Shown here: positions 1 to 12,300 of the stretch, one piece after another | How positions within the stretch are numbered: position 1 is the stretch's first letter | Layout: every line of letters begins with the position of its first letter | Assembly (NCBI GenBank): GCA_965644295.1 | Contig: CBFFRP010000068.1 | Span: forward strand, 114,534-178,533 | Source of the DNA: Paraphysomonas bandaiensis | Lineage: Eukaryota; Protista; Chrysophyceae | Direction: 5' to 3' | Length of the DNA: 64,000 nucleotides | Program-made: the position numbers and the translations under genes | Notes under the pieces: model-generated | Database searches by the model: none | What the model saw: the letters and a program-made list of their open reading frames with translations, nothing else | What the model was told of the DNA's origin: nothing

Positions 1-6
1 ATGTAG

Positions 7-385
7 ATTGGATGTGCGAAACTCTCTCCAATTCAGGAGACGGTATTACCCACATGCAATGGTGTATTTATGATTGATGTAGACAAACGCGTCCGTAGTA
101 GCATGCGGTATAGCCAGACCACAGGTACAACGTGTTTGCTGTGCAGTGTATATTGGACACTAACACTCAAGTACAGGAAGAAATTTCTACGAGATAATTA
201 GATTGTATGACGCCATGCAGCTTGTGACCTATCACCATGTTGTGGCGCCTTCCAATTGGGCAATAGGGCAAGATGTTATGGTGAATAACAACATATCGGA
301 TGACGAGGCTAATGCCACACTAGTGAAAGGGTTTGTGGCTATCAAACCTTGGTTTAGACTAACGCCTGCCCCTGACAATAAATAG
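7..385 (+). CDS. Peroxiredoxin, 1-Cys/Prx6-type, 3' part (gene begins before the window)
   Basis: Exon 7-124 (..VFMIDVDKRVRSSMRYSQTTG), intron 125-176 (GT..CTAAC..AG), exon 177-385 (RNFYEIIRLYDAMQL..VVAPSNWAIGQDVMV). Matches the Prx6 C-terminal pattern GRNFDEILRVxDSLQL..VATPxxW. Confidence 0.8.
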
Positions 386-899
386 CGTTGTAAATAAGCT
401 AGTGAATCATCTTTGTTGTAGCTAATATATTTATGTGAAAAGATAATACTAACATAATAACCATTGAGTAACGGAATTGTGCAGTTGTGTTCGAAAGACA
501 CAACTGTTGGTATTTGTAATGCTATATGATCATATTTTAAAGCATTACGGTCTAATTTATGAAACAGTACATGCACTGTGACGTGCAAGCTCATTATATG
601 CGTTAGTAAGTTATATTAGGGCTAGGGAACAGTATAATGAATTGAAATATTACATGAATCATGAATATATATAGCTCTCATTCAATGTAATACGCTATAT
701 CACTCTATTCTCTATTCGATGTAAACATTTAAAGAAATAATGAAGCGCGGGTTCGCTTAGTAAAAATCGATGAGCCAAAGAGATAAAAAGGTGTAATAAA
801 ACGTGTGATTATTATAAATCCAAACCCATAACATGAAAAATAGTGTAACCCCCTAGTTTGTACTAAGTTTGCGAAGAAGAAAATTAGTATATGACAACA

Positions 900-1523
900 C
901 TATCCCCTTCTTGAGAAAATAGAATCTTCGTTGGCAACCTTGTCCATCAACTGTAGGGGCTTCAATATGTTCGCTTTATTATTTTCAACAACATATCCGT
1001 TTGCAACCATTTCGTCCACAATGTAATACGCCTTCTCGATATGAAACATGATCTGTAGCGAGTCAAAATCAGTTATATTAAGAATCAGAGTATTTGACGT
1101 ACATCCAATTCACACACACTCTCGAAGTATTTGTCCATGGTTTCTACGAGCGAGTGAATAAATTCCAACATCGCCAATTCATTCTACACAAGCAAATATG
1201 ATTAATATTGATTAAAAACCTTCGTATGATATACCTCATCATCACCATCCACTGCAACAACAAAAAACAGTGATGCATATCTTCGGTACACAACTTTAAA
1301 TCCACGATACTCTAGAAACGAACACTACCACACAGTAATTACTATTACAAAAAAAAACATATTTCATTATATTAAACATATTTACCTGATATTCTGTTCT
1401 TGATAAACATCTTCTAATAATTTCAGCTTCTAGAGCAATTCGTTCTTGTACAGGAAACCACTCAAAATATGAGGCGAGTCTTGTCTGTCCCTGTTTATTC
1501 ACCATCAACACAAACTTTATCAT
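900..1523 (-). CDS. AP4S1: Adaptor protein complex AP-4 sigma subunit (4 exons)
   Basis: [60 protein letters not shown] and [16 protein letters not shown] are joined by three short GT-AG introns; stop TAG at 900-902. Confidence 0.92.
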
Positions 1524-1684
1524 TATGAGTTATTCCCAATGTAGCCTAATGTGTTAGATATTAGGCAACTATAGGAATGATAATATAAATCAATATGGAG
1601 TGATGAATAAGGTAATGGATTTATTTCCACTTTATGTATAAGGATTGCTGCATACATACATATAGCATTTGCTGGATACATTAC

Positions 1685-1745
1685 ACACTATACACTATAC
1701 ACTATACACTATACACTATACACTATACACATACACATACATACA
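1685..1745. repeat. (TACACTA)n then (CATA)-type microsatellite in the AP4S1/SDH4 divergent intergenic region
   Basis: About six TACACTA units are directly visible; a second (CATA)n tract lies at about 2080-2110. Confidence 0.85.
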
Positions 1746-2183
1746 GCAATACATACTCCTATACCGGTATATATGATTCCTATTATTTATATGGTATGAA
1801 CCAAAATACGGCATTTCTGCTTGACAGCAATATTCTGGAAAACACTGATATATTTCGCTATAAATAGGTGATTTTAGACAACAGTTGTAAAAATTGTAAA
1901 AAATAACTACAACAAATACTCACTTTGGATTAAAAATATCCTTCAACATACAAAAAAACGATATTTTCTAGACATCTCATCACATATATAGTCAAAAAAT
2001 ATTGATATGCAAGCAGGAGTGTTGAGAATGGGGAGGATCTCCTGTCGACTGGTCAACAGCATATAGAAATGAATATAGACATACATACATACATACATAC
2101 ATACATACATTCATATTAAAGTGAATACATTTAATTATTTGAAAGTTTTTTTCTTTAAAACTTAATATTTCATTATATTGAAA

Positions 2184-2753
2184 ATGTTTGCATCTACTCA
2201 ATTACGTAGCGCTGCTAAGAGAGTGTTCAATGGTATGTTTATTAATTTAATGGTCTAAATTTAATATTTTTTATTTCAATATATGAATTAAAGGAAACCA
2301 AAACCGCTCATTTTCTTTTGTTAATGGTAAAAAAATATATATTATATTATTATATATGTGTATAATTATATATTGTCAGCTGATAGCGGACAGCTGGGTA
2401 CCAAATTTTTCCATAACACCAACCTCCTGTTGGTGGGAATATTCCCTATTGCTCTTTTTTCAAGTCCGTCATCAATCACCTACCCTTTGGACCTTGCCAT
2501 GGGTGTTCTGATTCCTCTTCATGCTCATATTGGAGTTAATATTGTGATTAGCGACTACGTTCCCAAAGCCGCTAGAAGTATGTGTATTGTGATGTTTCTT
2601 ATATTGTGGTAACTTTAAATAGGCGCTTGCAGATTCGGAATGGTTGGAGCGACTGTACTCACAATTGCAGGATTGACGAAATTAAATGTCGCGGGTCCGG
2701 GTATTACGGAGACTATTAAGTGTCTTTGGAAATCTCCCAAGAAGGATGCATAA
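2184..2753 (+). CDS. SDH4: Succinate dehydrogenase cytochrome b small subunit (CybS), 4 exons
   Basis: Arg/Ser-rich presequence MFASTQLRSAAKRVF, a 33-nt second exon, LHAHIGVNIVISDYVP (heme His and quinone-site DY), and final exon ..GPGITETIKCLWKSPKKDA*. Confidence 0.9.
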
Positions 2754-4295
2754 GACGGAATCTATCGAACTGCAGTTGTCCGCCGTGACAGATGTTACCG
2801 TGCGATCGATGCTTATATATTTTTCTAAATAATTATCGGGGAATTGTCAAACAAAACTTCATTTTAAATGTGATAGCCGTGGTTAGTGTTGGTATTTGTT
2901 AAGGTTTAGAATTGCTACTACTCATATCGCAATATTCAAACAATTATCCAACCTGAAACGTACATTCTTGTGTCAAGCAAATTGATATCAGCATAATCGG
3001 AAGGGGTAGGTACTCTATCACCATTACAACAAGAATTTGGGTATCTCTGCGATACAAAAATGACAAATCCCTCGTACAAAAAGAATATAGGTACGGCTTT
3101 TGGCGGGGCTAAAGTTGTAAACAAAAAATTATTATATCCATGCTAAGTAAGTGGGCTCAAACTACAGAACCGGCATTTCAATAAAATTAACTACCCTAAG
3201 AAAATAATGCTTGTTGGATATTGGCATTCACGCATTCACCTGACAAACTCTCGTCTTTCGACTGCTTAGGAGTAAACAAATTTATCAAAAAATCAGTTGC
3301 ATGCACAGCTTCTCAAATATAAATTGCATCTTAATAGCAATAATGGTATGTTTGAATTATTCCAGCACAGCTTGTATGTGTTGAAATGGTCAAATGATCA
3401 ATTCCAGTTTGGAGTATCTATCAATTTTGTGAGCATAGATTACTCCACCACTTACCACTCACCACTTACAGCTTCATAATACATATCCTACTCATCTACC
3501 ATAGTAATTTGTATGTATCATAGAGTAAGCAAAGTACGAATGTGTACATTCCATAATTCCACATCATTTATAATACCGGTTGATCCGTTGTTGCCACTTC
3601 ATATAGGGAATAAGTCGCCATAGTTTACTCTGGCGTTACTGTAAACTAATGGTAGAATGTACAATATATAATTTATACAGCAATATAATAAGTAATTCTG
3701 TGTTCTGTGTTCTGTGTATGGTGCACTCTGACTGTGTCACATGTTCCACGGATTCACGAAATGATCACAGGAGAGAATCTCAATAAATACTGCAGCTTTA
3801 GTAACGGAAAGTCGAATTTATTATACTCTTTGTGCTGAAAACATTCTCACTCTGATTAAAAACTCGAACATGAACATGTAACTAGAATATAGAAGGCACA
3901 GGGTACCTTCTTGATCCTGACAATCAAAAAGCATTGAATGATAGCTAGTAATGATATTATATATTAGGGACTAGAACTTTATCCAAATGTTAATATGTGG
4001 ATTGATGTTTATTCAGTTATCCTCTTTCAGTGTAACTGTGTATCTCGTTGTTCAGTTCGTCTCTCCTAATCATTTTCTATTTGTCATCATACTCTGCTAT
4101 TTATGTTACGTTGATACATATGTATGTATATCTCAATATGTATAGAATGTCAAGTTGTTTTAAAGATATACACTACAATGTGTACATATCATAGCATCCA
4201 GTGTCCATACTGTACAGCAGTATATACACCAGTAGTAGATATGACTCCAATTAACACAAATATCCATTGAATGAACCGAGCAGGGGGGGCTCACT

Positions 4296-4430
4296 CGTAT
4301 CGGCATCATCTGTACATTTTTGTTCAGAGATGCCTCTAATATTGAGATAATAATTATCTGTATTCCAGCCGTAGTTGTATTGCAGTAATATAGAAGTTAT
4401 TTGCTTCAATTTATTTCCGAAAAAATAAGA
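4296..4430 (-). mobile_element. Dispersed ~130-150 bp MITE-like repeat, copy 1
   Basis: Reverse complement matches 29899-30035 and 45690-45828 (shared core CTACGGCTGG..TACAGATAATT..TCTCAATATTAGAGGCATC..TGAACAAAAA). Confidence 0.7.
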
Positions 4431-4771
4431 TGCATAAGATTGGCTATCTATGAGTGTACGGCGGTGTACACAGCCCAGTTTATATGTCCCTATTTTTTCG
4501 TTGGACTGCAATACCAGTCCCCCCAAAAACTACGACCGTACCACCTAAAAAACTGGGTGAGGATATTCAGATATTCATATTCCCACTTAAAAAAATGAAT
4601 CTTGTACGATGAAGTATGAATCTTCTTCATATAAACCGCTCATTTAATTGGTTGTTATCTCTGATGTGAAGTGACCTGACATATATTGAAATCCTCTCTA
4701 TAGAAGTAGACATTATCATAGTGATTTATAGAGGGGTGCATATATTCACAGATTCACAGTTTCTTATTAAA

Positions 4772-7700
4772 ATGTTACAAACTTTAGCAAGATTGAATAA
4801 TGTAAATGAATGTTTAAAAGATTGTAAAAATGAGCATGTATTAGCAAAATTTCATGAATATTTTATACATTCATTATCAAAAGAAGAACAATTCAATCTA
4901 ATCTCCCTTAATGGACTTAATACTGACTTCTTTGAGGAAGCTACAGTATATATTAACTCATGTTTAGAAGGGTATACGGACACCAGTGGTATACTTGAGT
5001 TAGCACTACCCACTGAGCAGTTGTTAGCTAATGGAGGTGATGATCGTTTACATCTTAAACCTTCAGCTAATGGAGAGAAAACTAATAAATACAATGGTTC
5101 AACTATACCACGTCCTGATATGATATCAAGAGCATCATGTACATGTAGTACTGTCACAGAGAATGTAAGTGTTTTCTTGTTAGATGTTATTGTTAATGTA
5201 ATATATACTTTTGTAGGGTTATGAAATCGCGAAAACTGTTCAGCATCGTATCATCACCAAAATTCTTAACGGTCAAAATAATGCGCTTAGTGAAGAGAAT
5301 AAAGAGCTTCGGTCCAGGTTGCATGGAGTTCTGGGACTTTCTGAAGATAGCGCAGCTGTTATGTTGTTCCCATCGGGATCCGACGCAGAGCTTCTGCCTA
5401 CCACTGCAGCATTAGTTCGACATTATAATATAAATCAACAGCGTGGTATTTCTGTTCCTCGTACAGGAGGATGCAATACACCCAAGGTTATTAGCTTCAT
5501 CGTAGCCGCTGGTGAGGTGGGAAGTGGAACATCCAAGGCATCTGGAGGAAAGCATTTCTCAAATGCACCTACCACTGCTGATGATACCACAGTTTCTGAC
5601 GGAAAACTACTACAAGGCTTGTCTCCTGGTGACGTGGAAGTAGTTGAGTACAAAGCCAGAGCCCCCAGTGGATCCGTGCACCTACAGGAGGCGGACATTC
5701 TGGCTAACATCCGTCACAGGCTTGCTTCTGGAGACCACACCTCTGTGGCTATACTTCACGTGGTATGTGGCACCAAAACGGGATTGGTGTACCCCTCCCT
5801 CTCTACTGTTCAAGCAGCCCAGCAAGAGTTTGGGAACCGTTTGCTTGTAGTGGTGGATGCGTGTCAGCTGCGCTGTCACCTTAGCATGATTAAGCAATAC
5901 GTGGATATGGGAGCACTTGTTTTGTTCACCGGGTCAAAATTTTTTTGTGGCCCTCCTTTCAGTGGTGCTGTCACATTTCCAGCATCGATAGCAAGAGAGA
6001 TTGAGCAACACATTTCTTCCTGTGGTACATCTGAATGTGTCGTGCCGATGGGGCTGCAGAGCTATCTCACACCAAATGAAGTGCCCTCATGTATGCCACA
6101 ACTAGCCCAGTTTCTTGTACCCTCCGCGGGTTGTGGGAGAAACCCCTGGAGTAATCCAGGCCTCACTCTGCGTTGGAGTTGTGCGCTTGATACTATGGAG
6201 AAGTATGCTGCCCTTCCGCCATTGGAGGTGGCGGCATTTACGCGTGCGTGGGTGGAAAACATCAGACGGCTGGTGGAGCAGGCAGGACCCTATCTGAGCT
6301 GTCTTCAAGAAGTTGGGGACGATGGCAGATCCGGGGGTTCTGAAATGCCGGGTGAAATATGCAGCATTGTGTCTGTTCTTGCGCATGTTCCTGATTCTTA
6401 TGGAGCACTCCGCACACTATCATTCGACGAAATGAAGGCTCTATATGTCGATATGACACAAGGCTGCAGTCCACGCACGTTACTAGGCCAGCCTGTGTTA
6501 CTATCCTCAGTCAGTGGGCTCACTGTACTACGAATTGCTCTCGGAGCAGATATGGTTGTACGGGCTCTTCGTCCTTGTAGTATTTCAGGAGTACATGAAA
6601 CCGCAGGTGTACGTCAAGCCTTTTCCATCTCTACCATACTTCAGGAGGACGCCCAAGTTGTAGAAAAGTTCCGCTCACTTTGTGAGCGACGATGGCCTCA
6701 GATGCGCTTTTTCGGTGCTGTGAGTCCTCACCAGAATGCCCTAGTCAATAGAAATCAGGAAAAAATGGTGAAATCAGAACGCACTCTCTGTCCTGGGCCA
6801 GGGGCGGGCTTCACGAGTGAGTGCACGACAACAGAGAGGCTGGAAATGGCGGTTAAAGCTCTACAAAAGTCCTCAGGTGGATTCAATGTGGCTGTGCTCT
6901 ATGACGCGGATGCTCTTCACAACTCCTACCAGCGCGTCCAAGATGTGTTTCCGAAACACTTCACCCACTGTTATGCTGTAAAATCTTGTCCCACCCCTTA
7001 TGTCTTGTATAAAGCTGTGGCAATGGGCCTTGGTTTGGAAGCAGCCTCCATATCGGAGGTTAAAATGGGACTAATGGCCGGCTGTGCCCCAGAAAAAATA
7101 GTGTTTGATAGTCCCTGTAAAACAAAGGAAGAGATATTGGAGGCGTTGCTGACTGGTGTGAGCATCAATGCGAACACTCTCAATGAGGTTGAGAAAATCC
7201 ATGAGGTACTGGCTGAACTGAAATCCAAGGGCCTATCGAGTATGAGCACAATTGGTGTCCGCATCAATCCTCTGGTGGGAAGTGGCGCAGTGGCTCAGCT
7301 AAGCACTGCTACCACAACATCGAAATTTGGTGTACAGCTGACAGCTGAATCGCGAGAATGCATTCTGGACTGCTACCAAAAGCACCCCTTTCTTACCATG
7401 GTCATGTCACATATTGGCTCTGGAGGTGTTACAGTCGAACAACTATGCACAGGTGCTAAAGCTCTAGCAGAGTTGGCAGATGATATAGATGCCCGGTGCT
7501 GTCCTGATGGTCAGCGAATTTCAACCATTGATATTGGTGGCGGGCTGCCAGTCAACTATGAATCTGATGAAGCCCCAGTCTTCTTGGAGTACGCTAACTT
7601 GCTACAAATCGTATGTCCCTCCCTGATGATCCCTGGCAGACGAGTTGTTACTGAGTTTGGCAAGTCTCTTGTTCTCAAGACAGGTGCTGTAGTGACTAAG

Positions 7701-8138
7701 GTGGAGGATATTGTTACGTCATCTAACCCTGCCGATCCTCTTGTGGCAATAGTTCATGCTGGGGCAGATCTGTTCGTTCGCCCTACTTATGTCCCAGAAA
7801 AATTTTTCCATCGCACCGTGCTGTACAGTACTGCTACTGGTGAAGTCTCTGACTCCAAAGGGAAGACGGAGGCGTGTATAAATGTATCTCTCGGAGGACC
7901 ACTGTGTCACTCCGCTGATATAATAGAGACCACACTACCCACCCCTTCTGTTGGGGATTATGTGATTATCCTTGACGGAGGAGGCAATACCCTTTCTCTA
8001 TTCAGCAAACACTGCTCCCGCCTTACCCCAGCGGTGTACGCCTTTAGCATCAAAACCGGTGGTAGTGAATCGAAAATCATTACGCATTGTGTGAAAGATG
8101 AAGAAACAATCGACAACTCCGTGCAATTTTTTGGATAG
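4772..8138 (+). CDS. Bifunctional PLP protein: N-terminal fold-type I (class V aminotransferase-like) domain fused to a C-terminal fold-type III (diaminopimelate/ornithine decarboxylase-like) domain, ~1104 aa
   Basis: Exon 4772-5164, phase-0 intron 5165-5216, exon 5217-8138 in frame. N-half motifs: FPSGSD, VVDACQ, TGSKFFCGPPFSGA. C-half motifs: HCYAVKSCP, EAASISE, FDSPCKT, RINP, SKFG, HIGS, DIGGG, EFGK, GPLC. Confidence 0.85.
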
Positions 8139-8581
8139 TTCCTGCAATGTGTTCTAATATTATTTCATTGAATGATACATGGCTTTCAATCTGTTATATT
8201 GTGTAACTTTACTATCACATTTTATACAGTGACTGCGTTTGTATGGATATTCAACCTGGTGAGTTTTGTCGCTTGTAAAGTGATATGATGATAAATAATC
8301 AGTTTTGTTGATCTACGTCTACTCATTGCTGTGTGTTGCGAGGTAAATTCAATACAATCTAATTTAGTCCTTGTCAATTTGGTGCTATTACCTAGTCCAG
8401 GAGTTGAAAATATAGTTTAAATAATTCATGTTTTCAGCTTGCATTGACGAGGATGGTGACTAGATCCTTATTATATTCACCTTGGCATCAATATATGAAT
8501 GCAGATTTTTAGTTATTTCTTACTTTGACTAGGTTATTACACCAAAATTAGTATTACTAAGTTGAATAATGTATCATATAT

Positions 8582-10253
8582 CAGGGATAGGGAACAATAT
8601 ATTGCAATATATTGTAAAATATATTGATTGGTGGACTGGTCAAATATTCCATCAATAGTGTTTCTGTTAATAGAGCTCACAATACTATTGCAATATATTG
8701 CAATCAATATTATGATAGTCATATAAGAGAAGATCCTCAACTGTATGGTGCAAAATATACGCCTCTGTATACAAATATCCGGAAAATAAGAAAAAAAGCC
8801 TATTTTTGATGTTATTTTCTATTTTTTATGTATCGCCAGCTCAAACAGCACTCTACACCTCTCCACATGTATGTACAGTACTTCTCTTAATATAGTATAT
8901 ATATCCTATAGTGACAAGAAGAGACAACTGAATGATGAGTGCATACAAGAGTAGGGACATTTACCGCTGATTCTGGTAACACCGTATTACTTGTGTGAAA
9001 TTGTCGAATGTTATAATATATATTAGGTGTACCCCTAGTTGGATGTGCATCTCACCGACTAAATCTCGCTGTCAATGAACTCATTGGCAGCAAAGAGAAG
9101 AGGAATAACCAAGGAGATGTGACAAGATCTGACGAAGGCATTAGGCCTCTTATTCGCAAAGTAGACCTACTAATGGGGAAGTTGAAGCAGATTAAGAATG
9201 CTGCATTGCTACGTGGCCAAACCAGTCTGCTACCAGAAAGGGTAAATGTCACAAGATGGTCTTCTATGTTTCAGGTTCTCGTAAAGTGGATGCGTATAAA
9301 AGATCATGTATTAAAAATTGAAGACTTACCGCTTGCAGTTACTGATATGATTCCTACTCCTCGACAGAATACCGAAATAATCGCCCTTGTAGACGACCTG
9401 AGGAAGTTTGAAAGCGTCTCGAAATTGCTTCAAACTGGAGGATCAAGTCAAGTGAATCTTTATGAATGCCGGAACATATTTGATGGCTTATTGAGGGACT
9501 TTAGGCCAAAGTATCCACTATCTGCTTTACAGAAAAACAGTCCCATTGTTAATGATCCGAATTTCGAGAATGGAATTGCAAAACTCCAAGCAGGCGAAGA
9601 ATTGGACTTGACAAGATCTGAGAAAGATGCTGTTAGAATATATCTCCGTTCAGACAGTGATTATTGCAACAATACAGAGGATGATGAAGCTGAAGTTGGC
9701 TATGCGGAAAAAATTCTTCAATCAGCTCAAAAACTTAAGAAGCGAAAAGTTGAAATATCTAAGTACAGGTGCACGAGTCATGTAGTATGTACTTCCAATA
9801 CGTGTGAACGCCTGTTCAGCGCAGCAAAACTGATTATATCAGTGTTGCGCAAACGTATGCATCCTACTACACTTAATATGCTGTTGTTTCTGAAAGCTAA
9901 CCGACAGTTGTGGCCGGATGCAAGCATATTTCAATCAATATTGAATGAATATGGTGATGATGATGTCACCGATGATGGCTCAGAGGATGAGTATGAGGAA
10001 ACTTTTAATTAGTTAAGAGTAGTGGGTTTGATTATCAAGTGACCTTAGACCTTATAAAATATGGCAAGTACTAAAAATGAAAACTACGGATGTGTTTACT
10101 TACTGATTAGTCATACTAATATATTGCAATATATTGTACAATATATTGCAATATATTGCAATAGTATTGTAGGGCCGGTTTAAAAAATCCATCAATACTA
10201 TTGATGGAACGCTACCTAACAATAGTATTGCAATATATTGTTCCCTATCCCTG
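8582..10253 (+). mobile_element. hAT-superfamily DNA transposon, 1672 bp, probably internally deleted
   Basis: Perfect 28-bp TIRs CAGGGATAGGGAACAATATATTGCAATA; perfect 8-bp TSD TCATATAT (8574-8581 and 10254-10261); subterminal CAATATATTG palindromes at both ends; internal transposase ORF. Confidence 0.95.
9027..10012 (+). CDS. hAT transposase, C-terminal portion only
   Basis: After an AG acceptor: GVPLVGCASHRLNLAV (CxxH), VTRWSS, and the dimerisation region TSNTCERLFSAAK..LNMLLFLKAN. No N-terminal BED finger or first catalytic Asp region is visible. Confidence 0.85.
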
Positions 10254-11021
10254 TCATATATCATCTATCTATTCAATATAGAGATCATATCAAGCATTCT
10301 ACAGCTTGGGACGCACAACCCCAGTGATTATTAAAATCACTGCAGCGAAGCCAACGTTTCAAAGCAGCTCTGTCAACAACAGCAAGGTCGATAGGCGATA
10401 TAGCCCATTGCCCCATACCGAGAGTGTGGTCGTAGAGTAGGCTCGCTGATACGCTGATAGCTGATACACCACATACCACATATAACACCAAGATGTTGCG
10501 CTGATTCTACCCCCCGCCTGCCTGTGTACCAACCTAGCTGTCCACGTAGATCACGCGCAGATTCTGTTGCCTCCCCACCCGTGTTCGCCGTCACAAAGAT
10601 TACGCGGGATTTCTCATAGCTATGCATGACTTCTATATGTAATTCTCACAGATTTTTCCAAAGCCAGGTTCACCTTCCCATCACCTAACAACGATTACGG
10701 GGAGCTTCTTGTGATCATGCATGACTCAGTGTAGGCCTAGTATGGCATTGGCTGAGCCCCATTCTCCCCCCAGAATGCGCGGGGTTTCTCGTAATCATAT
10801 ATACTCTAGCTGGGACTTGCTTGGTGCCGACACACAAATAATACGTCGGGGTTTTAATAAAAATCCATACATTGTTTTGTTTAATCAACACTAGCACTTT
10901 ACTACGACACGCTCTCGGAATAGAGCACCCCTCGAACCTATTTTTACAGTGTAAAATACGATATAAAAGTCATCGCAATATGCGTCGTTCGCAACGCAGC
11001 AATATCTTAATAGATAAAAAA

Positions 11022-11549
11022 TTAGCGTATATGACTTTCACGGCACACTATAATCCGCCATTGCTCGTCACCACGACAATGAGGAGAGTGAGATACGGTT
11101 CGTTTCCAGTGCTGTGACCTCCAATATGATCCAAAATATGTCTGGATAGAATACACATTTTGATGCAGCCGTTCCATTCGGAATGCTTGTAGATGTGTTA
11201 CTGGTCCACTACTAGCTGTCATTGGAGTATAATCAAATCCTGCACCTTCAAAATTACTTGATGTTGTAGGTTTACTAACAGCATAATCCATTATCATATA
11301 CACTAATCCAATTTCAGTTAATTTTGGATGCTTATAAAGTGTATTAGCAATATGATGAATTGCTTCATTCCCATATATACTCATTGTAAGATATTTACCA
11401 TCTATAGTAGATAATGTGATATAATTGTTATATATGTGATCTATATAGAAACTAGATTTAGTTTGATGGGATGTATATACTGTAGATCCCTTGACATTAA
11501 TATATCCACCAATACCTTTAATATAAACAGTTTTACCTATCAATTCCAT
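11022..11549 (-). CDS. Small fascin-like / actin-crosslinking beta-trefoil protein (175 aa)
   Basis: ATG at 11549 (MELIGKTVYIKGIGGYI). Repeated trefoil-like motifs: ITLSTIDGKYL, YSIQTYFGSYW, GDEQWRI. The upstream extension of the listed ORF is microsatellite. Confidence 0.5.
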   Translation of the reverse strand: MELIGKTVYIKGIGGYINVKGSTVYTSHQTKSSFYIDHIYNNYITLSTIDGKYLTMSIYGNEAIHHIANTLYKHPKLTEIGLVYMIMDYAVSKPTTSSNFEGAGFDYTPMTASSGPVTHLQAFRMERLHQNVYSIQTYFGSYWRSQHWKRTVSHSPHCRGDEQWRIIVCRESHIR

Positions 11550-11555
11550 GATTGA

Positions 11556-11586
<31 letters not shown>

Positions 11587-11779
11587 TGAGGAGGGTGGTA
11601 GTAACAATAGAGAGAGTTATGTGTGTATGTGTATGTAGATAGATATGAAGAAACACGAAACACCAGAGAGAAGAATAAGGAGGAATTCCTCGAATCTACT
11701 TCATAGTATATATACGTATAGTGTTGAAGAAGGTACAGTATGTACCAGATGAGATGAAGAAGCCACGATTGTGCATAAG

Positions 11780-12300
11780 TACATACATACATACATACAT
11801 ACATACATACATACATACATACATACATACATACATACATACATACATACATACATACATACATACATACATACATACATACATACATACATACATACAT
11901 ACATACATACATACATACATACATACATACATACATACATACATACATACATACATACATACATACATACATACATACATACATACATACATACATACAT
12001 ACATACATACATACATACATACATACATACATACATACATACATACATACATACATACATACATACATACATACATACATACATACATACATACATACAT
12101 ACATACATACATACATACATACATACATACATACATACATACATACATACATACATACATACATACATACATACATACATACATACATACATACATACAT
12201 GCATACGTACATACATACATACATACATACATACATACATACATACATACATACATACATACATAACATACATACATACATACATGCATACGTACATGCA
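11780..12300. repeat. Long (CATA)n/(TATG)n microsatellite, ~520 bp
   Basis: Near-perfect tetranucleotide array with a few variant units near its right end. Confidence 0.98.
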
